NCBI GenBank assembly: GCA_023819145.1
Contig: JAMWCW010000008.1
Location: 5,584 to 69,583 of the forward strand
Origin: Candidatus Omnitrophota bacterium
GTDB taxonomy: Bacteria; Omnitrophota; Gorgyraeia; DTHP01
Direction: 5' to 3'
DNA length: 64,000 nucleotides
Each line of letters begins with the position of its first letter. The stretch's first letter is position 1. The notes below the pieces were generated by a model that ran no database searches, had not been told where the DNA came from, and saw nothing but the letters and a program-made list of their open reading frames with translations. Below, piece by piece: positions 18,554 through 27,369 of this stretch. Made by a program: the position numbers and the translations under genes.

Positions 18554-19756
18554 ATGGGGATAGTGGTTATTAAAGAAAAATGTACGGGATGTAAACTCTG
18601 CGTTAAGGCTTGTCCTTTTGGGGCAATAAGAATAGAGCAGAGGTTAGCGGTTATTGACCTTGATAAATGTAATCTCTGTGGTGCCTGTGTTTCCGTTTGT
18701 AAATTTTCTGCTATTGTTTTAGAGAAATCAGTTACCGATTACCGAGCACCGGTTACCGATTACCAGGGAATTTGGGTTTTTGGGGAACAAAAAAAAGGAA
18801 TAATACAACCGGTAGTTTTTGAACTCTTGGGAGAAGCGAGGCGCTTGGCAGAAGATTTAAAAACCGATGTTTCTTGCGTGGTTTTGGGATATAAGATAGA
18901 GAACAAGCGGATAGAAGAGCTTTTTTGGAGAGGAGCAGATAAGGTTTATTTAGTGGAAGCAGAAGAACTTTATCACTACCAGGATGAGCCCTATACTAAT
19001 GTTATTACAGAATTGATTAAAAAATACAAACCAGAGATTTTTCTCTGTGGAGCAACAGCCATTGGCCGGTCATTGATTGCTCGCGTCGCCATAAATGTGA
19101 AAACTGGTTTAACCGCGGATTGCACCGGTTTGGCGATTGACCCCGAGAAAAAACTTCTTTTACAGACCCGTCCCGCTTTTGGAGGAAATATCATGGCAAC
19201 GATAATTTGTCCTGATTATCGACCGCAGATGGCCACGGTAAGACATAAGGTAATGAAAGAATTGGCTATAGATAAGACAAGAAAAGGGACAATTATTCGG
19301 GGTAATTATGACGGGAAATTACTCTTGTCGCGCACAAAGTTGTTGGATATTGTAGAGGAAATAGAAGCAACCGTTAACCTTGCCGAGGCAGACATAATTG
19401 TTTCTGGTGGAAGAGGGTTGGGAAAACAGGAGAATTTCAATTTGATTGCAGATTTAGCAAAAGTTTTGGGTGGAGCGGTCGGTGCTTCACGAGCAGCGGT
19501 AGATAGCGGATGGATTTCTTATTCACATCAGGTAGGCCAGACAGGAAGAACAGTTTGCCCGAAGATTTATATTGCCTGCGGGATTTCCGGTCAAATCCAG
19601 CATTTAATTGGCATGCAATCTTCAAAGATAATTGTGGCCATAAATAAAGATTCCCATGCTCCGATATTTAATGTGGCTACGTATGGAATTGTAGGGGATT
19701 TGTTTGAAATAGTTCCTGCGTTGACAGAGAAATTTAAGGAAGTACTGAGGAAATAG
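18554..19756 (+). CDS. etfA: electron transfer flavoprotein alpha subunit with N-terminal 2x[4Fe-4S] ferredoxin domain
   Basis: [12 protein letters not shown] and [11 protein letters not shown] motifs, then an EtfA FAD-binding fold. Confidence 0.9.
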   Translation: MGIVVIKEKCTGCKLCVKACPFGAIRIEQRLAVIDLDKCNLCGACVSVCKFSAIVLEKSVTDYRAPVTDYQGIWVFGEQKKGIIQPVVFELLGEARRLAEDLKTDVSCVVLGYKIENKRIEELFWRGADKVYLVEAEELYHYQDEPYTNVITELIKKYKPEIFLCGATAIGRSLIARVAINVKTGLTADCTGLAIDPEKKLLLQTRPAFGGNIMATIICPDYRPQMATVRHKVMKELAIDKTRKGTIIRGNYDGKLLLSRTKLLDIVEEIEATVNLAEADIIVSGGRGLGKQENFNLIADLAKVLGGAVGASRAAVDSGWISYSHQVGQTGRTVCPKIYIACGISGQIQHLIGMQSSKIIVAINKDSHAPIFNVATYGIVGDLFEIVPALTEKFKEVLRK

Positions 19757-19827
19757 TTAAAAATAGTTTAATAGTTAAATGGAAAAATCTATTTAATTTG
19801 TCATTTTAACAAATTACCTTTTAACCC
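19754..19827 (+). repeat. intergenic motifs (copy 3): TAGTTAAAAATAGTTTAATAGTTAAATGG and TTTTAACAAATTACCTTTTAACCC
   Basis: See copies 1 and 2. Confidence 0.45.
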
Positions 19828-19847
19828 GTACTGACGAAGGAGAGATA

Positions 19848-21554
19848 ATGGCAATAAGAGAAACTTTAAAATTAGGAGAGATGTTAATTGAGGCAGGGGT
19901 AATTACTCCTGAACAACTAGATGCGGGGCTAAAAGAACACAAAAGAACCAAGGAATTTTTAGGGATTACTTTAGTGAAAATGGGGTTTGTAAGCGAAGAG
20001 GTTCTTTTCCCTATTCTTTCCAAACAATTAGGCATTCCTTTTGTGCGCATAAGAGAAACCAAGATAGAGCCAGAGATTATCAAAAAGGTTCCCGCAAAAT
20101 TTGCTTCTTACTATAAACTTATGCCCGTTAAGATGGAAAATGGAATACTGGTGGTTGCGGTGACTGATCCTTTGGATATTCATACCATTGACGATATAAG
20201 ACTACTTTTAGGCTACGAGGTAAAACCGGTTTTAGCAGGAGAAAAAGATATCATTGAGGGGATAAAAAAATATTATGGCGTAGGCGCGGGAACAGTAGAG
20301 AAAATGATGGAGAAGACAGTAGTTGAGGAGACAGAGAAAGTTACGGAAGTAGTAACTGAAGAAGTAGAGGAGTTGGCGGAAGACGCTTCGGTAATAAAAT
20401 TTGTTAATCAATTGCTTACTCAAGCAGTAGAAGAGCGGGCTACCGATGTGCATATTGAACCCTACGAAGATGAGCTTAAAGTGCGTTTTCGTATAGACGG
20501 GGTTTTAAACGACATCTCTGTCCCGGCGGGAATTCGCCATTTTGCTTCGGCAATTGTTTCCCGCATCAAAATTATGTCTAATTTGAATATTGCTGAACGC
20601 CGACTTCCTCAGGATGGAAGAATAATTATTAAGATTAAAGGAAAAGATTACGACCTGCGTATTTCTATTATTCCCTGTGTTTTTGGAGAAAGTGTAGTGA
20701 TAAGAATCTTAAGCCCGGGGATGCTTTATAGCCTGGAAGAGCTTGGTCTTTCGGAGCGAGATTTAAAAATCCTTGAAGAAATGATTGCTAAGCCGCATGG
20801 GATTATCTTTAATACCGGACCCACCGGAAGCGGAAAGACCACTACTCTCTATGCCTGTCTAAATAAGATAAATAAACCCGGGATAAAGATTATTACCATT
20901 GAAGACCCTGTAGAATACCAACTAAAAGGGATAGTGCAACTGCAGGTTCATCCCAAGATTGGCTTTACCTTTGCAGCAGGGTTGCGTTCGATATTAAGAC
21001 ATGACCCCGATGTAATCATGGTGGGAGAAGTGCGTGATTTAGAAACTGCGGAGACCGCTATTCGCGTGGCTTTGACCGGGCATCTTGTGTTTTCTACCTT
21101 ACATACCAATGACGCGAGTGGAGGAGTTACCCGCTTAATTGATATGGGCATTGAACCATTTTTGGTCGCTTCTTCTGTAGAATGTATTATTGCTCAGCGC
21201 TTAGTAAGACTAATTTGTCCTGATTGTAAAAAAGCGATAAAGCCCAGTAAAGATGTATTGGAGGAATTAGAAGTAATGGAGAATGTAGATATTGACAAAA
21301 TAACCATCTTTGAAGGTAAGGGATGTGAAAAATGCAAGTTTACCGGCTATCGGGGAAGAACGGGAATCTATGAATTTTTAGTTATCAATAATGAAATAAG
21401 AAAAATGATTATGGAGCGACTTTCCAGCGACCAGATTAAGAAAAAGGCAATGGAGATGGGAATGCGTACTCTGCGTCAGGATGGCTGGGAAAAAGTGCTT
21501 AAGGGTCTCACTACCCCGGCAGAAGTAATGCGTGTCACTCAGCGCGAGGAGTAA
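19848..21554 (+). CDS. gspE: type II secretion / type IV pilus assembly ATPase (GspE/PilB family)
   Basis: N-terminal GSPII_E_N-like domain, Walker A GPTGSGKTTT, Asp/His boxes, and a C-terminal tetracysteine CPDC...CEKC. Confidence 0.9.
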   Translation: MAIRETLKLGEMLIEAGVITPEQLDAGLKEHKRTKEFLGITLVKMGFVSEEVLFPILSKQLGIPFVRIRETKIEPEIIKKVPAKFASYYKLMPVKMENGILVVAVTDPLDIHTIDDIRLLLGYEVKPVLAGEKDIIEGIKKYYGVGAGTVEKMMEKTVVEETEKVTEVVTEEVEELAEDASVIKFVNQLLTQAVEERATDVHIEPYEDELKVRFRIDGVLNDISVPAGIRHFASAIVSRIKIMSNLNIAERRLPQDGRIIIKIKGKDYDLRISIIPCVFGESVVIRILSPGMLYSLEELGLSERDLKILEEMIAKPHGIIFNTGPTGSGKTTTLYACLNKINKPGIKIITIEDPVEYQLKGIVQLQVHPKIGFTFAAGLRSILRHDPDVIMVGEVRDLETAETAIRVALTGHLVFSTLHTNDASGGVTRLIDMGIEPFLVASSVECIIAQRLVRLICPDCKKAIKPSKDVLEELEVMENVDIDKITIFEGKGCEKCKFTGYRGRTGIYEFLVINNEIRKMIMERLSSDQIKKKAMEMGMRTLRQDGWEKVLKGLTTPAEVMRVTQREE

Positions 21555-21789
21555 CACCTGCAACAAAAGTTCCACCCCGTAACTATAGTTACCTGTCATA
21601 ACTTCAATCATATTAGTGATTTACATTCATAATTCTTATTCTGCAACAAAAGTTTACAACTTTTTAAAATTTTTTTATTTCGGAAAATAAAATTTACGAA
21701 CATAACTAAAATTTACATATTTATGTAACATCTTGGTGAACATCAACTTAGGAATGGTTATTTCATCAGGCTAAAGTTCATTTCTTATC

Positions 21790-21805
21790 TGGCACAGAAA
21801 TTGCT
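21790..21805 (+). promoter_or_regulatory. sigma54 (RpoN) -24/-12 promoter
   Basis: TGGCAC-agaaa-TTGC matches TGGCAC-N5-TTGC(A/T) exactly, about 155 nt upstream of the subtilase start. Confidence 0.45.
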
Positions 21806-21958
21806 TATTTTCAGGTGAGGCTCAAATAAAGGAGGCGTAAAATGAAGGGGTGGAGGAAAGAAAGAAGGGGAAAGAAAGGAAAGAAACTCTTTGAGCCTTA
21901 AAAAAATTCTCCCCCCCCGGCCCTTTGGGGCCGGAGGGATAAACAAAAAGGGGGTAAA

Positions 21959-24745
21959 ATGGATAAGAAAAGTAGGGGAAGAAAGCGTGGGGGGATAAAA
22001 TTTTTAAAGGGGGCGATTGAGATGAAAAAGAGAATTTATAACAAAAGAGGAGAAATTTTAAATCGCCTGTTTTTAGGATTAGGAGTGGTAATTTTGGGGT
22101 TAGCTTTAGCCATTGGGATAAAGGCTCTATTCTTTAAAGGAGTTTCTCCACTACAAGAGATGGCAAAAATTGAAGAGCCGGAAAAGGAGGAAACTCGGGA
22201 GATTGCCAAGGAAGAGCTTGCTTTAGAGGAGAATTCTTTTGAAATTCCTAAGCCGGCAATTACTAAATTAGAAAAACCTGTCAAAATGATAACTGAAAAG
22301 GTAGATGTTGTAGCATATTTAAAGGAAAGAGGTTTAGAGATTAAAGAAGTAAAGCCTAAAGAAACCTTAAACAGACTTCTTGCCCAACATCCGGAAATTA
22401 CCCAGAAGGCAAGAGAATATCTAGATAAAACTGATTTACTTCTTACTAAACCTGGTTCTTATGTTCCTGGCGAAATAATGATAAGGCAAGTTTTGCCCGA
22501 GGGGAAAATAGAATATACAAAACTTAAAGTAGAGGAAGGAAGGGAGCGGGAAGCAATCAAAGAGGCTAATAATATTGAAGGAGTAGAAGCCTATTTAAAT
22601 AGAATAATTCCTATCACTTTATTAAAACGTTATAATCTTCCTTCTCTGCCCAAACCACCTGTGGTTAAACCAGTGGTTAGTGATTATTGGCCTAATGACC
22701 CGGATTATTTGGAAGGAAAACAATGGGCGCTAGAGGTATTGGAGATAGCCGATGCGTGGGAAGTGGTAAAGGAGTATTATGAAAAAAGTTGCGAACAACT
22801 TCATACTGCTACAAGTTCCGATAGTAGAGGAGTTAAGACATTAGTAATCAGAACCAATTCAACACCACCTCCTCCTGAGCCAATTCCTATTTGCGAAGCT
22901 AACTATCCGGAAATAAAAATAGCCATTATTGATACGGGTTGTGACCTTAACCATCCGGATTTAGCGGAAAACATTGATAAAGATTTAGATTACGATTTTG
23001 TAAATGACGACCAAGAAGCAGATGATGATAATGGCCATGGCACACATTTAACAGGAATCATTGGTGCGGTAATAAATAATGGAATTGGCATTGCGGGAAT
23101 TGTCCCTACCCCAAAACTCATTATTATCAAAGCACTGGATGCTGAAGGAGAGCAGGTAGAGGCTGATGTGTTAGCTGAGGCTATAGCTTATGCGATTGAA
23201 AAAGAAGCGAGAATTATCAACATGTCGTGGGGAACTTGGGAGGATTTGATGGAAGAGCCAGTTTTAGAAGATGCTTTTGAACTTGCCTTTTCCAGTGATA
23301 TTTTATTAGTAGCCGCAGCGGGAAATCATGCCGGTAAAGGAAGAAATGGAGAAGATTGTGTTTTATATCCGGCAAGATATAGAAAGGTTTTGGGTGTAGG
23401 AGGGACCGATTTTGTGGATGAACGCTGGGAAACTGCAGAACGAGATTATGGAGGAACGGCTACTGATAATCCTTGGTATGGAAAACCATTCGAGAGTGCT
23501 TATGGAGAAGGGGTAGATATTTTTGCACCGGCAGGGGATAAATTAGAGGGAGACATTTATAGTACACTACCTGACGATACTTACGGTTATTTAGCAGGGA
23601 CATCTATGTCCAGTGCTTTTGTTACAGGGATTGCGGGTTTGATTTTAACCTTAAATCCTGAACTTGACAAAGATACGCTACGAGAGTTAATCCTTGCTAC
23701 TGCTGAAGAAATAGAAATTGAGGGAACACTAGCAAAAAGAATCAATGCTTACAATGCGGTAGAAGAAGCATTTTCTTTCTCTATAAAGGAAGAAGATAAC
23801 GAAGATGAAGAAGAAGATAATGAAGAAGCTGAAGAAGAAGATAATGAAGAAGCTGAAGGAACTGTTCCTGAAGATGAAATTTGGATTAAGGGTAAAGTAA
23901 CGGAAGATGGAGAAGCTAAAGAAGGAATTACTGTTAAACTTATGTTAAAAGACAAAAATGATGAAAACAGGCAAACCCAGGAAGCCAAGACCGATAAAGA
24001 TGGGAAATACTTGATAAAATTCACTAAACTGGATAAAACTAAAAAATATAATTTAGACCGCCTTGAGCCTAAAAAACAAACTAATGTTCTAAGAAATTTA
24101 GAGCCAGGAAAGGAGTATACGCATGATATTACGTTTGATATTATAGGATATGGAGGAGGAGGTGAAGAATGTGATAAGGCAAGCTGCAGCAAGTCCATTA
24201 CTGGTCAGGGAATGAGTTGCAGATGTACAATAAGAGGTTGTGAATGTAAAACTTCAAATGAGTGGGAGGAATATTGTAGAGGAACATGTTCAGACTGGGT
24301 TGCGGTAACATGTGGAGATGGTAAAACAAAATGGGTAAGATGGTGTGCTCCTGGTTGTGAAGGAAGCTACTCAGGAGGAGATCCCTACGAATATAGTAGT
24401 GAAGGAGAACCAGGAAGAGATTCTTATACTGCAGAATGTAAAAATGGAGAGAGAGATGAAGTGGGCAACGTATGCATGTTCGGTAAGTGGTGTGGTCCTG
24501 GTTCAAATATATTGGAAGGATGTACCCCCAAAAAACCGACACCTACGCCGACACCGACGCCGACACCTACGCCGACACCTACGCCGACACCTACGCCTAC
24601 GCCGACACCTACGCCGACGCCGACACCTACACCGACACCGACGCCGACACCGACACCGACACCAGAAGGAACACCGACACCGACGCCAGAAGGAACAACC
24701 GACGCCGACACCGACGCCGACACCGACACAACGCTATGCGAGTGA
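21959..24745 (+). CDS. membrane-anchored/secreted subtilisin-like serine protease (S8) with acidic repeat, Cys-rich domain and (PT)n linker
   Basis: N-terminal TM/signal anchor. S8 triad motifs ([33 protein letters not shown]). (EEDNEEA)x2. An approximately 110-aa domain with 18 Cys. About 40 PT dipeptides at the C-terminus. Confidence 0.8.
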   Translation: MDKKSRGRKRGGIKFLKGAIEMKKRIYNKRGEILNRLFLGLGVVILGLALAIGIKALFFKGVSPLQEMAKIEEPEKEETREIAKEELALEENSFEIPKPAITKLEKPVKMITEKVDVVAYLKERGLEIKEVKPKETLNRLLAQHPEITQKAREYLDKTDLLLTKPGSYVPGEIMIRQVLPEGKIEYTKLKVEEGREREAIKEANNIEGVEAYLNRIIPITLLKRYNLPSLPKPPVVKPVVSDYWPNDPDYLEGKQWALEVLEIADAWEVVKEYYEKSCEQLHTATSSDSRGVKTLVIRTNSTPPPPEPIPICEANYPEIKIAIIDTGCDLNHPDLAENIDKDLDYDFVNDDQEADDDNGHGTHLTGIIGAVINNGIGIAGIVPTPKLIIIKALDAEGEQVEADVLAEAIAYAIEKEARIINMSWGTWEDLMEEPVLEDAFELAFSSDILLVAAAGNHAGKGRNGEDCVLYPARYRKVLGVGGTDFVDERWETAERDYGGTATDNPWYGKPFESAYGEGVDIFAPAGDKLEGDIYSTLPDDTYGYLAGTSMSSAFVTGIAGLILTLNPELDKDTLRELILATAEEIEIEGTLAKRINAYNAVEEAFSFSIKEEDNEDEEEDNEEAEEEDNEEAEGTVPEDEIWIKGKVTEDGEAKEGITVKLMLKDKNDENRQTQEAKTDKDGKYLIKFTKLDKTKKYNLDRLEPKKQTNVLRNLEPGKEYTHDITFDIIGYGGGGEECDKASCSKSITGQGMSCRCTIRGCECKTSNEWEEYCRGTCSDWVAVTCGDGKTKWVRWCAPGCEGSYSGGDPYEYSSEGEPGRDSYTAECKNGERDEVGNVCMFGKWCGPGSNILEGCTPKKPTPTPTPTPTPTPTPTPTPTPTPTPTPTPTPTPTPTPTPTPTPEGTPTPTPEGTTDADTDADTDTTLCE
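24541..24720 (+). repeat. tandem 12-nt repeat (CCGACACCTACG-like) encoding the (PT)n linker
   Basis: Visible periodicity; the alternative-frame ORFs in the track here are artefacts of the repeat. Confidence 0.85.
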
Positions 24746-24749
24746 AACA

Positions 24750-24780
24750 AAAAGGGGTCAGACCCCTTTTGGCAATTTTT
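24750..24780 (+). terminator. rho-independent terminator after the subtilase gene
   Basis: AAAAGGGGTC-A-GACCCCTTTT palindrome followed by a T-run. Confidence 0.55.
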
Positions 24781-24864
24781 TTCAAAAAAGTGCCTGACCC
24801 CATATCTTGCTGACCCCATATCTATATCTTTACTTTTTGCTTTTACACCCCTTAAAATTTACAC

Positions 24865-24892
24865 TTGACAATTCTTATGATTGTGTTATACT
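24865..24892 (+). promoter_or_regulatory. orphan strong sigma70 promoter with extended -10 (TTGACA, 16 nt spacer, TGtTATACT)
   Basis: Near-consensus elements with no CDS downstream before terminator-like hairpins. Confidence 0.45.
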
Positions 24893-24908
24893 TTATTAAA
24901 AAGGGCCT

Positions 24909-24935
24909 AAAAAAGGGGCCTGACCCCTTTTTGAC
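24909..24935 (+). terminator. terminator-like hairpin AAAAAGGGG-cctga-CCCCTTTTT
   Basis: GC stem flanked by A and T runs; it could terminate either strand. Confidence 0.45.
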
Positions 24936-24968
24936 ATAAGAATCCTGACCCCTTTTTGACATAAGAAT
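24919..24968 (+). repeat. perfect 25-bp tandem duplication (CCTGACCCCTTTTTGACATAAGAAT x2)
   Basis: Direct reading of the sequence. Confidence 0.85.
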
Positions 24969-25014
24969 CTTCCTTCAAAATTTAAGTTTAGATTTTCTCC
25001 TGCCACGTAGTCTG
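24961..25014 (-). pseudogene. remnant copy of the 3' end of the OMP gene at 25504..26313
   Basis: Approximately 54 nt about 87% identical to 25545-25598. It would encode DYVAGENLNLNFEGRFL but an in-frame TAA lies upstream and homology is lost downstream. Confidence 0.45.
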
Positions 25015-25189
25015 ACAAATGTTAGATAAAGAGGTTTTTTAGTTAAATGGTGAGCTTTAAAATTTTAATTTTTTAATTAGGCGTGTTTATGACGCTTTTC
25101 TGAAATATATTCAGTAATTTTGGCAAAGAGGAAGAGAATTAACATTATTATTCCCACACCTAATAACGCAATTTCTGTGATAGCCATTA

Positions 25190-25381
25190 TTAATCCTCCT
25201 TCAATGGAAGGGTTAGGAATCCGATAATTCCCATAGCTAAAGCTAAACAAATTCCTAACACTAAGATACGCAAATTAATCTTTTCCGAGAATAAAGTACC
25301 AATAACTATGATTGTAACAATATACTTTGCTACATCAATAAACATTTTTCCTAATTCTATTCTTCGAAAATAATATTTCAT
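25190..25381 (-). CDS. hypothetical small membrane protein
   Basis: 63-aa ORF with two hydrophobic helices. Confidence 0.3.
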   Translation of the reverse strand: MKYYFRRIELGKMFIDVAKYIVTIIVIGTLFSEKINLRILVLGICLALAMGIIGFLTLPLKED

Positions 25382-25503
25382 TCTTTTATCAAAGTTAGTT
25401 TAACAAAACAATAAAAATATGTCAAGAAATTTAAAACTCTCTTTGTAAAGTTTTAAGAATCGCAGAGTATCTTTTTAGCAATTAAGAAATTGAGAATAGT
25501 TTT

Positions 25504-26313
25504 TTAAAACACCCAATTTACGGCAAAGCTTCCCGCAGTTTCATCTAAGAATCTCCCTTCAAAGTTTAAGTTTATGCTTTCTCCTGCCAAGTAGTCTGTT
25601 CCCAAGAAGATGCCAAAGTTTTTATCTGCTTCGTATTTGTTATTATCTGCCCAGCCTGAGTCTTTGGGTTCTTTTATGGTGGTGCGCATATCAGAGTATC
25701 TTATGCCAAAATAAGGAGTAAAATTATTAATTTTTTTAGCCAGATAAGGAGCAATATGCCATTCTTGGACCACAAAAGATTTATACTTTGTAGAATTGCC
25801 CTCTTCATTTAATTTTGCTTTACTTTGCGATCTTAAATACTGCAAATCACAGCCCACCATCCAGTCGTTTAACCAGTCGCTCTTAAACCAATATCCTCGA
25901 TAATTATTTTTGTTAAAACGATAGACTCCTTTTAGCCCTAATCCATAAGTAACTCCCAAGTCAGTATTAAATTTATCGGTAGCAGTTTTTACACCGCCGT
26001 TGTAGATTTCGTCTTTTAAAGTATAATCCGCTACGCCTAATTTTAGATAAGCCTCCAGATTATCTAAAAGCCCATAAGAAGCTTTTACTGTAGCTTGGTA
26101 AGTTTTATTTATTTTTGCATTTTTTATCTCATCTCCTACGAGAAGGCCCGAGGAACTTTTAAAATTCAATTTCCTCTCAAAAATGAATGAAGAATCCACC
26201 CCCACCCCTAACCTACCTTGTCCCTGCGTTTCTGCACCTCCAATGCTTGCGCCATGAGCAAGAGTAGGAAGAAAAATTAAAACCACCATACTTAAGAAAA
26301 ATATTTTTTTCAT
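25504..26313 (-). CDS. outer-membrane beta-barrel protein (porin/OmpA-barrel-like)
   Basis: Signal peptide MKKIFFLSMVVLIFLPTLAHGA, alternating amphipathic strands, aromatic-rich, C-terminal ...AVNWVF ending in Phe. Confidence 0.55.
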   Translation of the reverse strand: MKKIFFLSMVVLIFLPTLAHGASIGGAETQGQGRLGVGVDSSFIFERKLNFKSSSGLLVGDEIKNAKINKTYQATVKASYGLLDNLEAYLKLGVADYTLKDEIYNGGVKTATDKFNTDLGVTYGLGLKGVYRFNKNNYRGYWFKSDWLNDWMVGCDLQYLRSQSKAKLNEEGNSTKYKSFVVQEWHIAPYLAKKINNFTPYFGIRYSDMRTTIKEPKDSGWADNNKYEADKNFGIFLGTDYLAGESINLNFEGRFLDETAGSFAVNWVF

Positions 26314-26502
26314 TCTTCTTCCTCCTTTTTTATAGGATTTTATAGGAAAGTTAAGGAGTTAAATTGAAATTTAATAGAGTTCTTTCTCCATCACCTCCTT
26401 TTTTAGGATAAATATAAATTTAGAAATAACTTGCATAAAATTTGAAATTATTATAAAGCAAAATAAATTGTTTTGTCAAGAAAAAAATTACCTTAAACCC
26501 CC

Positions 26503-26546
26503 TGCCCACCTCGTAGGTGGACTTTCTTCCCACCTACGAGGTGGGC
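26503..26546 (+). repeat. GC-rich inverted repeat (GCCCACCTCGTAGGTGG ... CCACCTACGAGGTGGGC)
   Basis: 17-bp arms with a 9-nt loop in an otherwise AT-rich divergent intergenic region. Confidence 0.6.
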
Positions 26547-26553
26547 TATATGG

Positions 26554-27357
26554 GTGTTTAATTTCTTGTTAGCTTTCTTATTTTCTGTTATAATTTTTCC
26601 CATGAGTTTTGTGGTCGTTATCCCTATTTACAATGAAAAAGAACACATAAAGCCTCTGATTAAAGAGATTTTAGCAGTGGAAAATGTTTCTAAAATTATT
26701 GTCATTGACGATAATTCTTCCGATGGGACGGGAGGAGTTTTAGATGAACTCAAAGAGGAAGTTTGGCAATTAAAAGTTATACATCGTCCTCAAAAATTGG
26801 GTTTAGGAACCGCTTATATTGAAGGATTTAGACTTGCTTTAAAAGAAGATTGTAATTTTATTCTTCAGATGGATGGAGATTTTTCTCATGACCCAAAATA
26901 CATTCCTCAAATGCTTGAAGCTATAAAGACTTGCGATTTGGTGATTGGTTCACGCTATATTTCGCAAGGAGGAATTAAAAATTGGAGCCTTTGGCGGAGA
27001 TTATTAAGTAAAGTAGCAAGTATTTATGTCCGCATCATCACAAAAATGCCTCTTAATGATCCCACTAGTGGTTTTAAATGTTTTAGGAGAAAAGTTCTGG
27101 AAAAAATTACTTTGGATAAAATACACTCGCAGGGTTATGCTTTTCAAATCGAAATGAATTATTTAGTCTGGGGAAATAATTTTCGCATTAAAGAAATTCC
27201 CATTGTTTTTTACGAACGAAAAAGAGGAAAATCAAAACTTAACCTGAGAATAATTCTTGAAGCCATGTGGCGTGTCTGGGAACTACGTTTTGGAAACGAA
27301 ATGATTCGAAGAATAACGAATCGTACAATGATATTTGGATTATTCGTTGTCATTTGA
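26554..27357 (+). CDS. GT2 polyprenol-phosphate mannosyl/glycosyltransferase (Dpm1/Ppm1-like)
   Basis: VVVIPIYNEKEHI, VIDDNSSDGT, LQMDGDFSHDP, VIGSRY, DPTSGFKCFRR. The start is GTG at 26554 or ATG at 26602. Confidence 0.8.
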   Translation: MFNFLLAFLFSVIIFPMSFVVVIPIYNEKEHIKPLIKEILAVENVSKIIVIDDNSSDGTGGVLDELKEEVWQLKVIHRPQKLGLGTAYIEGFRLALKEDCNFILQMDGDFSHDPKYIPQMLEAIKTCDLVIGSRYISQGGIKNWSLWRRLLSKVASIYVRIITKMPLNDPTSGFKCFRRKVLEKITLDKIHSQGYAFQIEMNYLVWGNNFRIKEIPIVFYERKRGKSKLNLRIILEAMWRVWELRFGNEMIRRITNRTMIFGLFVVI

Positions 27358-27369
27358 TACTCTCGTTGA

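Noticed and set aside
16867-21611. Antisense ORFs within bcd, etfB, etfA and gspE (for example 16867..17169, 17748..18011, 18176..18388, 18991..19194, 20232..20453)
   Set aside because: They are embedded in strongly supported conserved genes on the opposite strand.
23749-24819. Several alternative-frame ORFs (23749..24198-, 24198..24542-, 24345..24797+, 24424..24819-, 24487..24813+) with RH-, GV- or DT-rich repeats
   Set aside because: They are translation artefacts of the acidic and (PT)n DNA repeats inside the subtilase gene. The subtilase frame is continuous and has clear S8 motifs.
24541-24968. Possible CRISPR array (short direct repeats)
   Set aside because: The 12-nt units are contiguous with no spacers and encode the PT linker. 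The 25-bp duplication has only two copies. There are no cas genes.
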